A stretch of DNA of 64,000 bases from Octopus vulgaris (Eukaryota). The stretch spans positions 37,386,001 through 37,450,000 of the forward strand of contig OX597840.1 of NCBI GenBank assembly GCA_951406725.2. Reading direction: 5' to 3'. Below are positions 1 to 14,125 of this stretch, in pieces (within the stretch, counting starts at the first letter, position 1; every line of letters starts with the position of its first letter). The notes beneath the pieces are model-generated. The model saw only the letters and a program-made list of their open reading frames with translations, searched no databases and was not told the origin of the DNA. The position numbers were made by a program, and so were the translations under genes.

Positions 1-2019
1 TGTGCACGTACGCTGCGATAATATAGAATATATATGTATGTATGTATGTATGTGTGTGTGTGTGTGTGTAGAAAGGAACCAACTGACTGAACGGCAGCGA
101 GACAAATACGGATTTATATATTCATGAACATACACCGTTCGTCAATATGCGTTCGTCAATATGCATTGATATTTATTTCATTTACAAACCTACCTATGTA
201 CGCAAAACAAATTTAGACATGGAATTATTTTGGTAGATTCTTTGAGACTGACGAAGTGGTGGAGTAAAGAAAAACAAATAAACTACTGATGCGATATCTT
301 CTGATCAATGTTGCATGTGTCGCTATGAAAGTGGAACGAGTTATACGTATGCCAGGAAAGTGAGTGTTGTCCACCAGACGAATGGACACCGTCTCTGTAT
401 CGAATCGCCTTCACAAGCCTTGGGATCGTATCATGGTTGTTTTAAAAGGCACATGGAATTATTTTCGATGGTGATGTGATCCAGAATATCACTGATAAGA
501 GATGAATGATGCAGGCATCATCATCTTATTTTAGTATCGAGGGAGATTCGGCAATTATTTCTAGCAGGCTCAGTGGCCACGTATAGGTCCCACCAATGCT
601 TCATTGGACAGAACACGTGGCTATTTTTGACACCCTTGGCTTATTGTATGGTGATGATTAGCTGCAACCTTTCTTTGCATTCGATGTAAATATTTGTCTC
701 AAGCCTAGCTGGGTTTATCCACCTTACCACCTCTATAGGAGTTCCATAAGGATTGTCATTATGTCTAAATTCGATGCCGGGTCGCTAGCCTTTGATGAAT
801 TTGGAATTGAAGGCCACGTCCTTTTGAGTACTACTCTATGATATATACATATATATATATATATACTTAGCTTATTTTTTCCTCAACCACACTCTATATA
901 TGAGAGAGAAAGAGAGAGAGAGAGGGAGAATATATAATTTAAAAGAATCTGATTCGGCCCCATGTGCCTTAAAGATTCGTAGGCTTCTTACAGAGACTTA
1001 GCCCCTTCAAGATCGGTTACCTCTGCACACACAAACACACACACACAAAAGAAGTAAATAAACACCCCACAAAACATCTTTTTATGTTTATTTCGATTTG
1101 CAAACATTTCTATATATTTTTTTATTAATTGACATCTTTAGATTTTAGGTTCTATATGTAACTGTTTAATCACTCCATGTAGAAAAGAAGACTTGGAACC
1201 ATCCGAATCACATTCACAGTTATTTCTCTTAAGGGGAAATATAAGAGATTGATTCCATTTGTCGTGCGAACTCCGTACATCGACAACTCAGTTGAAGAGT
1301 TGGTGAGGCCAGTACGTGGTCACTCAACCTGCTAAAAATAACAGCTAAATCTTCCTAATGTCTGAAAATATGAAAACGCTGTATGAATGATAGATATTTT
1401 ATCGCTGATACTGTGGATCGCGTCTCCATCTTCAAAACCACCAACAACAACAACAAAGGCAACGACAGTTAAACCGTTGAAATGATAGATAACAAAAGTT
1501 TTAAGAAGAGCTTAAAAGTTTAAATTGAAGAAACTGGGTCCAATTCATTTCTGATTAATGACCATTTCGCTTTTAAATAGCATCGATCACACATCTTCGT
1601 TTAGTCAAGATAAAATTGAAAGAAATGTTTTAGAATTCGCAAGATTGGAAGTTTCATTGAAGAGATACAACATACGTCAAGATATCTTCACTGACCAAAG
1701 ACGCTCTCAGAGGGTGAAATAAATGTATCGGTATATAAATATATCGGTTGAGTGTTTTCTTAAATTATTGATATTACACTCTGCGAGAGTTGCGATTTAC
1801 AGAAGAAGGATTTATTGCTAGACTTACGTAACTGGAAAAAGCTACCAATATTTCTTGGTAATTATTCTCCTGCGAAAATATATTACACCAACAGGAAAAT
1901 ATATATAGACTTACTTGAATACACTCAGGCACACAAACACACAGTCATATTCACAATACATACCTATAACTATATATATATGTGTGTGTGCGTGTGTGTG
2001 TGTGTGTGTACTATATATA

Positions 2020-2028
2020 CAAGCATAC

Positions 2029-2075
<47 letters not shown>

Positions 2076-2234
2076 CATATATATACCATCATACGTTTAT
2101 ATACATATATATATATATATATATATAAACGTATATATATATATATATATATATATATACCATCATACGTTTATATATATATATATATATACCATCATAC
2201 GTTTATATATATATATATATATATACCATCATAC

Positions 2235-2281
<47 letters not shown>

Positions 2282-2286
2282 CATAC

Positions 2287-2323
<37 letters not shown>

Positions 2324-2414
2324 ATCATACGTTTATATATATATTATATATATATATATATACCATCATACGTTTATATATATATTATATATATATATAT
2401 ATATACCATCATAC

Positions 2415-2449
<35 letters not shown>

Positions 2450-2457
2450 GAGCATAT

Positions 2458-2500
<43 letters not shown>
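2020..2500. repeat. Compound minisatellite: ACCATCATACGTTT spacer alternating with variable (TA)n
   Basis: About 8 recurrences of (ACC)ATCATACGTTT separated by (TA)n tracts of varying length. Confidence 0.9.
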
Positions 2501-2505
<5 letters not shown>

Positions 2506-2768
2506 ACTTGCAACAAACGGAAGATATTTTGGCAAAATCTTTCCCGTAGCAAATCAGAAAAACTGGCAGATCTATCTATAATTGATCAATTTTTCAAAGA
2601 AACCTATATTTTGCAGCTAGATGTAAAAACAAGAGAAAATTAAAAGAGAGTAAAAACAAATTTATAACAAAAACAGCCGCAGAATTAGAAAGCAGCATTT
2701 CTTATCTTCCCAGATACGACTGTTGATTAAAGTTAGCAGTCTGTATGGGGAGGCTGTGAGAATGCCAT

Positions 2769-2813
<45 letters not shown>

Positions 2814-3702
2814 TGTTTGTGGATGTTGCAATACACACAAACATACGCGTATATATATATATATATATATATATGCATACTTATGTGCATATGGATAATG
2901 TGAAAAATAAAAGGAATTAGAACCTAAACGCAAATATAAATGTACACACATATACATATGTTATATATATATATATATACATACGCCCTCGTACATACAT
3001 ATGTGTATTTGTGTGGTATGTGTGTACATAGATACGCTTATACATCTTCTTTGAAAATACTAAGAATATATCGCTGGAAGCTGTGATCTTCTGGCAAAGA
3101 TTGTGATTTCGGTAAAGAAAAACAAAAAGAGAGAATAACTAGAGTTTCTGCGAAAGCTTTTATTCTTTTAATTCTTTGGTTTTGTTTGCTTTGTGATTTA
3201 TTGTTGTTTCTTTCCTTCCTGCCTCCCTTCCGTCCTTCCTCCTTTTCCTGCATTTATTTTTGGCGATTCCAATATATATACTGCGATGAACTGCATGATA
3301 ATGTTCCAGCTGTTCATGATATATTTGATATATCTTATATATATATTTGTATTTTTTTTAAGTATTCGGCCTTAAATAAAATTAAAGGATTTCAGGAGTT
3401 GCTTCGCAGGTTCTCAATATTTCACAAAGAAATACTTTACTATTTAGTTCCTTGGATTTTACACAGGAATGGAGTGTCAGTAGCCGCGGAAGAGGGAGGG
3501 TAAAAAAACTAAAACTACCAGTGCCGGGTTGCACTTGTAAACACGAAGGTGTGTTTTTCTCTGCCTCTCTGTGTGCCCCTGTGTGTGTCTCTCTCTGTGA
3601 ATGTGTATGTATACATACACTCTATGTATGTGTGCGTGCGAGCGCGCGTATCTCTCTCTCTCTCTCTCACTCTCTCTTAAATATATATAAATAATAAATA
3701 AA

Positions 3703-3918
3703 CGCGCCCTTTTAACGCCTAGCCAGGTTCATGGGCCCCGTTTTCCGGTTTCTGTGGCGCATGTGTTCCCCAACTGGACCGGACGCCAGTCCATTGCAGC
3801 GTTACTCATTTTTGCCAGCTGAGTGGACTGGAGCAACGTGAAATGAAGTGTTTTGCTCAAGAACACAACGCGTCGCCCGGTCCAGGAATCGAAACCACAA
3901 TCTTACAATCATGAGGCT

Positions 3919-3920
<2 letters not shown>
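3703..3920 (-). mobile_element. tRNA-derived SINE, family B head with V-domain-like tail (5'-truncated)
   Basis: Minus strand has B-box GGTTTCGATTCC, then TGTGTTCTTGAGCAAAACACTT...CACGTTGCTCCAGTCCACTCAGCTG shared with the 18584, 26010 and 45372 copies, then GCAATGGACTGGCGTCC..TCCAG resembling V-SINE cores (from memory). Confidence 0.8.
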
Positions 3921-3977
<57 letters not shown>

Positions 3978-4020
3978 GGCAAATGTAAGACAGAAGATGG
4001 AATTTGTGAGAATTTATTAA

Positions 4021-4120
4021 TCACAATTGTTTCGCCACATCTAGCATCGATTCCTCATGGGTGGGACACTCAACAACTGGTTCAGAAGCATCTGGCGGTG
4101 CAGATGTGTGTCGTCAGGGG
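4021..4120 (-). ncRNA. Degenerate Penelope-type hammerhead ribozyme motif (long loop II)
   Basis: Minus strand CTGACGA-CACACATCT...AGATGTGGC-GAAAC-AATT-GT; palindromic stem III ACAATTGT; stem I and cleavage triplet are damaged. Confidence 0.4.
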
Positions 4121-4291
4121 AGAGACAACTCGTTGAAATAACAGTTCCACAATGTAACTTCTCGTTTTGTAGAAAGAAAGGCAGCCAGGCGAAGGAAATT
4201 ATACATAAATATATATATATATATACGGAGTACATACGCACATACATATACATACCTTTGCGTATAAGTATGCGTCTCTCTCTCTCTCTCT

Positions 4292-4383
<92 letters not shown>

Positions 4384-4787
4384 TATAAGCCTATATTTAT
4401 GTATGCATAAATATATACACAAATATATATATATGCGTATATATATATGTAGAAATAAGTATACAAATATATATGCGCATATATATATGTATGTACATGT
4501 GAAATTGGTCGAGATAAATCTGTTCTCAGACATGTATTAAAAACAATTTCGGCGCTAGATCTTCAACGCTGTGGTTACATGAATACAGCAGACATGTTTG
4601 GCCTTTTTTGACGATTATCATCTTGTGCACTCACTGTTGCGCACTCGACGTCTACCAGCAGAAGTTCATGCTTCGATAAATATTGGATACAGTAAATAGT
4701 ATATTCACAGAAATTGCAGAAACATTCAGAGCCTCAGAGAAACTCAACATAAGCAACTGATGGTGGTTTTGATTTAATGCTGCCTTC

Positions 4788-4996
4788 AGGGCGGCAAGCT
4801 GGCAGAATCGTTAGCACACCGGGCGAAATTGTTAGAAGTATTTCATCTGTCTCCATGATCTGAGTTCAAATGCCACGGTGGTCGACTCTGACTTTCATCC
4901 CTTCCAGGTCGATAAATTACTTACCAGCTACGTATTGGGGTCGATATAATCGACTTAGTCCTCTTCTCCAAATTTGAGTCCTTGTGCTTAAAGGAA
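4788..4996 (+). mobile_element. SINE family A (GGCGGC.AGCTGGCAGAATCG head; GCCTTTCATCC..GGTCGATAAATT core)
   Basis: A-box-like TGGCAGAATCG, B-box GAGTTCAAAT, core shared with many copies in the window; flanked by TSD TTAATGCTGC (4774-4783 and 4997-5006). Confidence 0.85.
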
Positions 4997-5084
4997 TTAA
5001 TGCTGCTTTTCTTTGCGCATAGCGAGAGTTCTGTGTGATGTCCTTGTTCATCGTCGACAACGACGAACTAATAATGTATGTGCG

Positions 5085-5117
<33 letters not shown>

Positions 5118-5334
5118 GCATATATATGCATATATCCATACGTAGTAAACAGGTATTTTATTTTATCGACACACCTAGTTGTAAAGCAAAGCTAAACTTG
5201 ACAGGAGTTGTACTTTTAGGGTTAAGCGGTTACTAGAACCGTAAGTAAAATCTTGACAGTAATCCAACCTGACAGAGAAGAATATAACATACGCGACATC
5301 ATTTCCTATGCACGGAAATTTAATGCTCTTTTAT

Positions 5335-5530
5335 CCTTCACTCGTTTCATTTATTGAAATTTGGCCATGAAAATATTCTGCCTTAAAGGGTTTACTCGGA
5401 CAAATCGATTACACTAGAGAATTTTTAAAGTCTGGTTCATATTCTGTCAGTTCAAATTTCCAGAGCTCTATGTTACGGGGTTGCAAGCAAACTAACGCCA
5501 ATTATCAAATGGTGGGGGGACGAACCAAAG
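5335..5530 (-). mobile_element. Decayed SINE family C, 3' half
   Basis: Degenerate match to the 3' part of the 20035-20445 copy in reverse orientation. Confidence 0.5.
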
Positions 5531-5941
5531 AACTTATACGCACACATACATTCATTCGTACTTACATACATTCATACATAAATTCATGCATGCATACGTG
5601 CATACATACGGTTTTCAAGAAAAGAAAACCAACCAACTTTCACCTTAAAAATAAAATCTCTAAGTGGAACAGTAAAAACATGCAAGATTTTTCTGAAGTT
5701 TGAAACGTAACATCATTTTCATTATTCACACTCGAAAGTTGAAGCTTTGTATTTTTCTCAGAAATCACTTCATTCCTGAGAAGAAGGATGTGAACAATTA
5801 AGAAGGGAGTTGGGCATACATACAAAGGGGATTGGTTGTTAAGACCAGATCCTCTCACTCCACGTTCAAATCTCAATGATTCATTCTCACGTTTTAAAAA
5901 TATTGCTTTGCGTGTTGGTTATTCTCGTTGTCGGAGTTGCT

Positions 5942-5980
<39 letters not shown>

Positions 5981-6018
5981 TAGATAGATAGATAGATATA
6001 TAGATATATACTCACACA

Positions 6019-6346
6019 TAAGGTGCGATGAATAAATTGTCTAAATTACGCAAAAATGAAAATAACACTGACGTCTTATTTTAACAGATATATTGATCAA
6101 AATTACATCATATCTTGAAAAACTAATGAGTAAATATGTTCAATAAAATCACCATTGGCTTCAACCACGGCCTCCAGACGACCTCGGAGTCTCCTGCAAC
6201 TCTTCTGGACGGTCTCCTTGTTTGAGTTGGTGAATGCTGCCATAACTCTTGCCTTAAGTTCATCTTTGGCGTTACAAGAAGTTTTGTTGGTCTCTCGCTC
6301 AACGGCACCCCACATATAATAATCAAGGGTGGTTGCAGTCTGGGGA
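6019..6346 (-). mobile_element. Tc1/mariner (maT/DD37D-like) transposase 3' fragment with terminal repeat
   Basis: Translation SPDCN.LDYYMWGAVERETNKTSCNAKDELKARVMAAF...RLEAVVEANGDFIE is the SPDLNPLD..W C-terminus of Tc1/mariner transposases; ends at a TA. Confidence 0.85.
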
Positions 6347-7404
6347 ATTATCAAATTCACTCGTTATCAAATTCATTCGATATTTATCAGAGAACTGAAT
6401 TATATTTGAAGTCACTTGCTGATGGTACCACATACTGAGACTGAACCCAAAAACCAGGCGGTTGCAGAGTGATCTTCTTAACCACACAACTGCGACTGCG
6501 TCTATAGAATTTACGAGTGAATCTTATACGTAGCAATACATAACGCAGTGCTGAGTCCAGATGAAAATTCCAGGAAATTTACCGATTTTGCTTTTGAATT
6601 ATAAAAGAAGAATAGCGCTGAGAGTGTTGACGTAAGGTATTTTATTTATAGCAGATACTGCAAAATGGTAAAGAGGCATATTTGTAAAGACATGGCTTTG
6701 TTACTGACAGATACAGGTGTCAACCAACTATGGCATTAATATTATATTCTGTACATGTGGCCTGGTGCTATTATTCATATATTGTACTAGATTATCTTGT
6801 ACAACCACCCTAAGAGCTAGAAATAGCAGCCAACTGTTGCTGGAATTTGATCTAAACTCCATTGAGTGTTTGGATTATGAATGAGTAAAAAAATTGAATA
6901 GTGTGAACAACAGTTGTCAGCCAGGTAGACTGAAGGAAAAGAAACGAACTGAAGTTGTATAGAGATGAGCACCCGGTATGTAAACGATAAGTCTTCTAGA
7001 AATAGCAGCTAAATCTCAGATTTTGCGGTGGCTCGTGGACTGAAGAGATGGACTAATAAGTAGAAGACAATGTAATCATAGATATTTCTGAAATAAAGGA
7101 AGGGATAGTCATGGCTGGAATGTCTAAGAATATTTGCTACTTTGGTGCAGATTCGTGGCTAGCAAGCAACGGAAAGAGACACAACGACGACGAAAATGTA
7201 TTCGGAAACAAGAGAGTGATTCATTGAGATAGCCTTTAACTGGTCCATAGCGTTACTAGAAATAACAGTCACCTCTCTTTTAAGTAACAGGTCAATGTAT
7301 TATAAAGTGAAGAACACTTATGGAAATACAGTTGTAAATATCCTTTATCTCCTATCTGATATTATTGACATAGTTCAGTCAGTGGATTGCAGTGTGGAGT
7401 GGTT

Positions 7405-7706
7405 TAACCTAACAGATATCTCACAGTGTTTATTTTTGTAAAATCTATATTTATTCTACCGATTTCTTTTGCCGAACCACTAAGTCGCGCAGACAGTAGC
7501 AAACCAACATCGGTTGTCAAAGGGTTGGGGGTGGAAAAACACGAAGATACATACATAATCCCCATACACACACAGGCACAGGTATACGAAGGCCTACCTC
7601 GCTGTTCCTGTCCAAATTCACTCACAAGGAATTGGTCAGCCGATGACTACAACAAAAAAATTTGCAGAAGGTGGGTGTGAACCCTAGCTTTTAACCATAA
7701 CGCCAT
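7405..7706 (-). mobile_element. Decayed SINE family C
   Basis: Contains TTTGCCGAACC, CATCGGTTGTCAA and CCAAATTCACTCACAAGG, reverse matches to 20035-20445. Confidence 0.65.
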
Positions 7707-8519
7707 GTTTTTACCTAGATAGAAACACATAGAAAGAGGATTGGTTGTTATGACTATATCTTCATACTCCATTGTGATGGTCATATCTGGAATATATTTG
7801 ACAATAGCCCTGGTAGTTCAGAGCGGACCTGTGGCTAAATATGAAAAAATGACAGCATCTTCAGACAATGGCAAATGTCTATGAGGTGAAGGAACTCAGA
7901 TTATAAAAGACGTAATCAACGTATTTTATGTGTCAACGTTTGGGTTTTTTCGCCATTGTTAAGGAAGAATAGTAACGTTGTTGTGTGGAATCATTCTTGT
8001 TTTATTCTTGTCTCAATTTTACCAAACCAATGTGGTGGAATGGTGCAGAGAATCTCACAAATACTCCAGTTTTGAAATATCCAAACACACAATAGTAAAA
8101 TCAACAGCAACAATGCACCGAATAAAGAACAACAACAACGACAAATAAATAAATAAATGAATAATAATAATAATAATAATAATATATTCTTCATTAGCCA
8201 TGAGGGTGCCGGATGAGAGGGTATTACAAGGACAAAGTAAAAGAAAAAAGCGAAACACAAAACTAACAGAAATAACCAGAAACTAACAAAAAAGCAAAAA
8301 AAATTGTGGGGAGTGGTTTGGTGGAATGGAGCATGAGAAAGCAGGCATGAAGAACACCAGTTTACACACAAATGAATAATAAAAGGGGAAACACAAAAGA
8401 AATAGAAAAAAAAATTGATTTGGTCATATTTCAAATTTATGTTGGTCTTTGCAAAAATCAAATTTGTTCATTGACCTTAATATTTTTCGTTGTTTGCGTC
8501 GGTTGATGTTGAATTCTTT

Positions 8520-8605
8520 TATTATTATTATTATTATTATTATTTGTATTATTATTATTTTTATTATTATTTGTATTTTTATTATTATTATTATTGTTAT
8601 TTTTA
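8520..8605. repeat. (ATT)n trinucleotide tract
   Basis: Direct reading. Confidence 0.95.
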
Positions 8606-10360
8606 TCTTGTACATGTGTTTGTTGAATGGAATTTAGCAAAACTCGATAAAGCTACTGTGTCATAGTAATATGGTAAAACAGTTATGGAACTTTATGCAT
8701 CGAGTGCAGCAGAGCAGAATGTGCATCTAACGAAATACTTATCTTGCTAAACACAAATAAAAACCAGCAACTGTCCTAAATTCGATAAAAATAAACAAAA
8801 ACGGAGAGCAAAAAAAAAAAAAACGAATAGAAAAGCAGACAAACGCATAAAATGAAACAAATAAAAACCGAGAGATGAAACAAAATATTATGGTTGGATG
8901 TTTGTTTTAGAAGCATGTTAATTCCGTTGCAGACAGTTTTCTATTTCTTCCTAAGTGAAGCAGGATAGGGCAACCATTCACTCGGAACTGATTCATGGTG
9001 ACTCTATAGATGAAGCATCTTCCGCTGGAATAAAATTCTCTACAGCAGGATAGAGAGAGAAGTCGATGTGTCACTCATAGAGAGGTGGCTTTAATCATAT
9101 TGCCTCAGGTCGAGATACATTTTTTTTTGCAATGTGGCATTTCTTCCAGGTTATTATCCAGGTTGTCCGTGTGGATATCCATGTAGGTGGCGTAAGGAAG
9201 GTGGGGAGACGAAGTGTGCGATCCTCCTAGAAGGATATATTTACGGGGCGGAACATTTGGGTGTGCCATCTAGGCCTTGATGGGCTGAAGACTCAAAAGT
9301 TGCCCCTGCGGCACAAACTCTGGCTATGTTACTGCTCTATATTGCCTTTAATGATCCGGTCAACCCTGTGATAGCAGAGGGTGTAAAGCAGTGTTTTTCA
9401 TTTAGGGTGCCGAGTGCATCCATTCTAAATCAGTGATGAGATGGATTGAAATGATGGCTGATATTTTGTCCTCATAGATTAAATAAAAACACTTTCCAGC
9501 TCCTTAATGTATCCATTAAGACAATTAAACAAAACAGATGTCAAATACGTTCTTTAATATTTGCAGAGGTCATGGTAGTTTATCACTTTTAGAACCACTT
9601 CTGTAGGGGGCGGGTATATTGATGGAACCCCGGGGATTTTTATCTCTCTTCTCTTCCCCCGTGATAGACTGCTCGCTCTTTTTGGGTCTGACCACCGTCC
9701 GTGCAACATCGATATTCCTCCCTGTACTTGTATCTCTGCCGTAAGGCTTCATTCCCACATACACCAGCTAAATTCAATTCGTCCCCAGTCGAAAGAAACC
9801 TGTTGTTATGTCCTGTTATTATTATTTTTATTGTATTTATATTTGTGTAAGATTGTCTGTATTTCTGTCCTCGTTTTTGTATACATTCCATGCTTTCTTC
9901 TAAGGAATCTAATGCTTTTAGGTTAGTTTTTCCTTGGGGCTAGCGAGATTGGAGCAACCTCAAGATTAATCAGTCGAAACTGCGGGGATGATCTGGTTCA
10001 TGACTGAGGATAGCAAGCTTCGAATGGCCCGTCCTTGCTTTTTTGTATCGTCTATTTGGTTGTTTTGTTGTCCCTTTTTGTATCACCTAGTTGTCCGGAT
10101 GTTTTGCGTTCTTGTCCCATTTTGTATTTCATTTTATTTTGTATATATATATATACAGAGAGAGAGAGAGAAAGAAAGAGAGAGAGAGAGACACACACAC
10201 ACACACACACACAAAAAGAAAAAAGATGAAAAATGACAGATTTGTTTTACAAGACCAAATAATGTATTAGAATCCTCATAGAATTATTATAAAATATGAT
10301 ATAAAATAAGAGTTTTCTTGAAAACTATTAGTACCTCAGTCGGTTGTGTATTTAATTTGA

Positions 10361-10393
<33 letters not shown>

Positions 10394-10567
10394 CTGTAAT
10401 GAATAGTAAGAAATATTTGTTGATAGAAAGATACGATACTGGTTTAGTGTGAAATCTATAATAACGAAAAAATGAGTGAAATATGTAAATTTAATTTCAT
10501 ATCTCAGTCTATCTGTTTTAGCGTATATGTTGGTATACGTGTGTGTGTATGTGTGTGTGTACGTGTT

Positions 10568-10598
<31 letters not shown>

Positions 10599-11387
10599 AA
10601 ACAAAGTAAGTGATAATGTTTCAATTACAATAATTTGTACCAAGTCGTAAACAGGAACCTTAATTCCATTATTTCTTCGCAGTTTCGCGAAGAATAAAAT
10701 ACAGCCAGAAACACAAACACACCACGTATATGGAATCACGCAAGTCTTTTTACACACACACAAACACACACGCACATACACACACGTATAAGCACATATA
10801 GACACATACAGATAAACATCTGCGTATATAACATAACGAATGAGGCAAACAACTAAAACCGTTTTTCCAAAATACTGACTTAATAATACACAAAACCACA
10901 TTCATATATATAATGGCGGACGTAGAGAAGCGATATATCACATTTAATACGTATATACTTATCTCATTTGTGAGACAAAGGCAGAGTTATAAGTTGGTTA
11001 AAACTCCAACGCGCACGCATGCACACACACACACATAGAGACACACATGTAGGTTTTCACGTAGATTCTTGCGATACACGGAAAACTTGTGAAATACCTT
11101 GTAAATTCCTTGAAGCAATATGTGTGATTCTTTTAATTTGAGCATAGGAATAACAAAATAAATTATTTCATCCTCTCACGCTCATTTGTGTGTGTGCGTA
11201 TGTGTGTGTGTGTGTGCGTGCGTGCGTGTATGTATGTATATACAGACACACACACACATATATATACACACAGTTGAAATTTACAGGAAAACAAAACACG
11301 AAGACAGATGTATGAACCATATATATATATATGATGATGCATATCCTCTGTCAATTTCAAATTGTATATGTGTATAGGTACTTGCCG

Positions 11388-11436
<49 letters not shown>

Positions 11437-12169
11437 GCAAGTACTTCTCTATACACATATACATACACAGGTACACACATAAACACAAACTCATCTAAAA
11501 ATATAGATATGAAAGCACAATATATGTATAGATAAATATAATTTTACATACGCAATATGTATATATGTGTGTATATATATATATATATATGCGTGTGTGT
11601 ATGTATGTATAAATATACTTTGTGCGTGTTTACCCCACCCCTCTCTCGGCATATATATATATTGAAGTAGGAAAAGAGAGGACGAAAGAAAAAAGGTGTG
11701 AGATTTTATATCATTATATATTAACAATGTGTGTGCGTATGTCTGTATAAATGTATAGAAAAATATATTTAAGTATATAAAATCTGCTTTATATACATAT
11801 ACGTGTGTGTGTTTGTGTGTGTGTGTCACTGTGTGTATACGTTCAACGTCGAGAACAGGTTAGCTTCCGGCTCATGAAATTTCCACCGAAGGCATTTTCT
11901 TTAAGTACGAGTGAGTGTATCAAAAGTGTTTGCGTGTGCGTGAAGTGCTTACAAATGTATAGATGTCTGTCTCTGATATATGTTTGTATATATGTGTGGG
12001 TGTGTGTGTGTTGTGTGTATATGCATATATATATATTCATACGCGTATGTGAGTGTGTGTATGTGAATGTGTGTATGTGCATAAGTACACGCACACGCAT
12101 ATGTAAGTTATGTGTGTATATATATATGTGAATAAAGTTATATCTTGATGATGATTATGTTGCGACTGG

Positions 12170-12172
12170 TGA

Positions 12173-12204
<32 letters not shown>

Positions 12205-12327
12205 GTTTCCATCACCATCATCACAATGACCACCACCATTATCAACATCATTAGTGCTGTAACTATTATTATCATCATCATCATTATTATTATTATTATC
12301 ATTATTATTATTATTATTATTATTATC

Positions 12328-12364
<37 letters not shown>

Positions 12365-12365
12365 T
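12170..12365. repeat. (ATT)n/(ATC)n trinucleotide array
   Basis: Direct reading; source of the poly-Ile ORFs. Confidence 0.95.
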
Positions 12366-12618
12366 GGTGACAATGATGTTAAGTATATTTGACATGCTCA
12401 CGGAAAGGAAAACGAGTTACAAGTATTTCTCGCTTCTGTTTCTTGCTTTAGGCGGGAAAAAAAATCCCAGGAAGCGTAAAATGGCTTAGCGAAACCTCAA
12501 GAGATTTTAAACAAATATACAAGTACTGAATTAAATAACGAGAAAGTCATAAAAAGGATAATTTTAATGAGAAGGACAACAGCAGCAGCAGTAATAGTAA
12601 TAGTATTAGTAATAGTAA

Positions 12619-12650
<32 letters not shown>

Positions 12651-12774
12651 ACAGCAACACTAATAACAACATCGCATAAATGTTAACTCATTGTATGCCA
12701 GTTTGCTATGGCGATGAATTCTTATGTGAAAGAAGAAGATAAATTGATGTAGAACCAATCACGATATATTGAGT

Positions 12775-13712
12775 TGAATGGATGTAGGAAGCGCTCATAA
12801 GGCACCAAAGACCATTTGGCCATTGACAAGCGACGACAAAGGAATCTTTTGGCGGCATGGGTTGACTACAGAGATACTTACCACTTGGATCATTAATTCA
12901 CTTGTGTTTGATACAATTGAACACTTCGGCAAAACCCTTAGTGTTTATATATACTATTTGATAAATAATATGGAACGAATGTGGTGAGTGTTGCCCTTAA
13001 AACGGTGTGTCTTCAAGGGTGACTCCTCCACCATCTTTTATATTCATCATCTGCTTCTCGCATCTCAACAGTACTTAGAAAAGATCCACAGGGTCCGCAC
13101 TCAATTATTTTAGCGATGACTTAACCCTTTATCGCAGAGAATACCCGGACACATTATTCAGATTGATTTGAAGCAAGCATTATCTTACAACCTCAAGATT
13201 TCAATAATGTAATGGTTTATGAATCAGAATGGTAGGCCAGAGGTTTCGAGGTGGCGAAAGTATCATCGTTTCCGATACAGCAACTGGAGAATAAAAGAGC
13301 CAGAAACACTACTTTGTGAAAATTGAAGAAAGAATTGCAATGGAACTTGGACTTCCTTCTTTTGAATTTGAAGAGACGAGACAATATCAAAGTGGAATAA
13401 TTTGTAAAAGAAAGGTGGCAATAGAAATGCAATAACGGAGAGAGTTTAACGAAGACAACAAAAATGTGGAAGTGCATGACTTATCGTGAGAGTGGCTAAG
13501 AAATGGAGAATTAAAGAGGGAAACACAGATCGTTGAATTTTTCTCAAAATCTTAATACCAATTCAGGAGGTAAAAGAATTTAGTCCACGGCGTCAACGAA
13601 TGGGTGTCCCTTTTGTAATTTGCTGGTAGAAAATAATGTGTAGGCTTCTAAATGTTATTGGTTAAAGCGACATCATGATCCGGTTTATTTCATTTTACAC
13701 TGGTCACTGTGT
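12775..13712 (+). mobile_element. Heavily decayed R4/Dong-type (RLE clade) non-LTR retrotransposon, RT to zinc-knuckle region
   Basis: Collinear motifs with stops and frameshifts: GCRKRS*GTKDHLAIDK (12780), AAWVDYRDTY, VFKGDS, YFSDDLTLY, EWLRNGELKRET and KRHHDPVYFILHWSLC, matching the R4/Dong pattern GCRRGSRGTKDQLLIDK / AWIDYKKAYD / GIFQGDS / MDDLKLY / WLRKGELKRETE / RRHD.VA..IHW. Confidence 0.8.
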
Positions 13713-13798
13713 TAACATCATGTACACTTCAGCCAAATGCTACAATCATCGACAAGAAACCGGTTGAGTTTAACTAATCTCATTGAGATTTTCACATC

Positions 13799-13902
<104 letters not shown>

Positions 13903-14028
13903 TTGAAGGAGAGAGATGCCTGTATGATTTAGATGCGAACTACTGCAAGTTTCATGCCTCTGGAAACAAAATATGCGTAAAAGGTTACTGTATAGTGCGT
14001 TGCCTCATACTGGCAATCATACACACAA

Positions 14029-14059
<31 letters not shown>

Positions 14060-14094
14060 AATACATATACACACATATACATACATATACACAC

Positions 14095-14125
<31 letters not shown>

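Noticed and set aside
2020-2500. CRISPR-like alternation of a constant motif and variable spacers
   Set aside because: The variable parts are just (TA)n; eukaryotic context, no cas genes
7709-7742. Minus-strand TAG|GTAAAA after a pyrimidine-rich run
   Set aside because: Weak donor located at the edge of a decayed SINE
10003-10036. CTGAGGA-TAGCAAGCTT-CGAATGG in the unclassified 9530-10140 segment
   Set aside because: GAAA is replaced by GAAT and I could not build stems I and III
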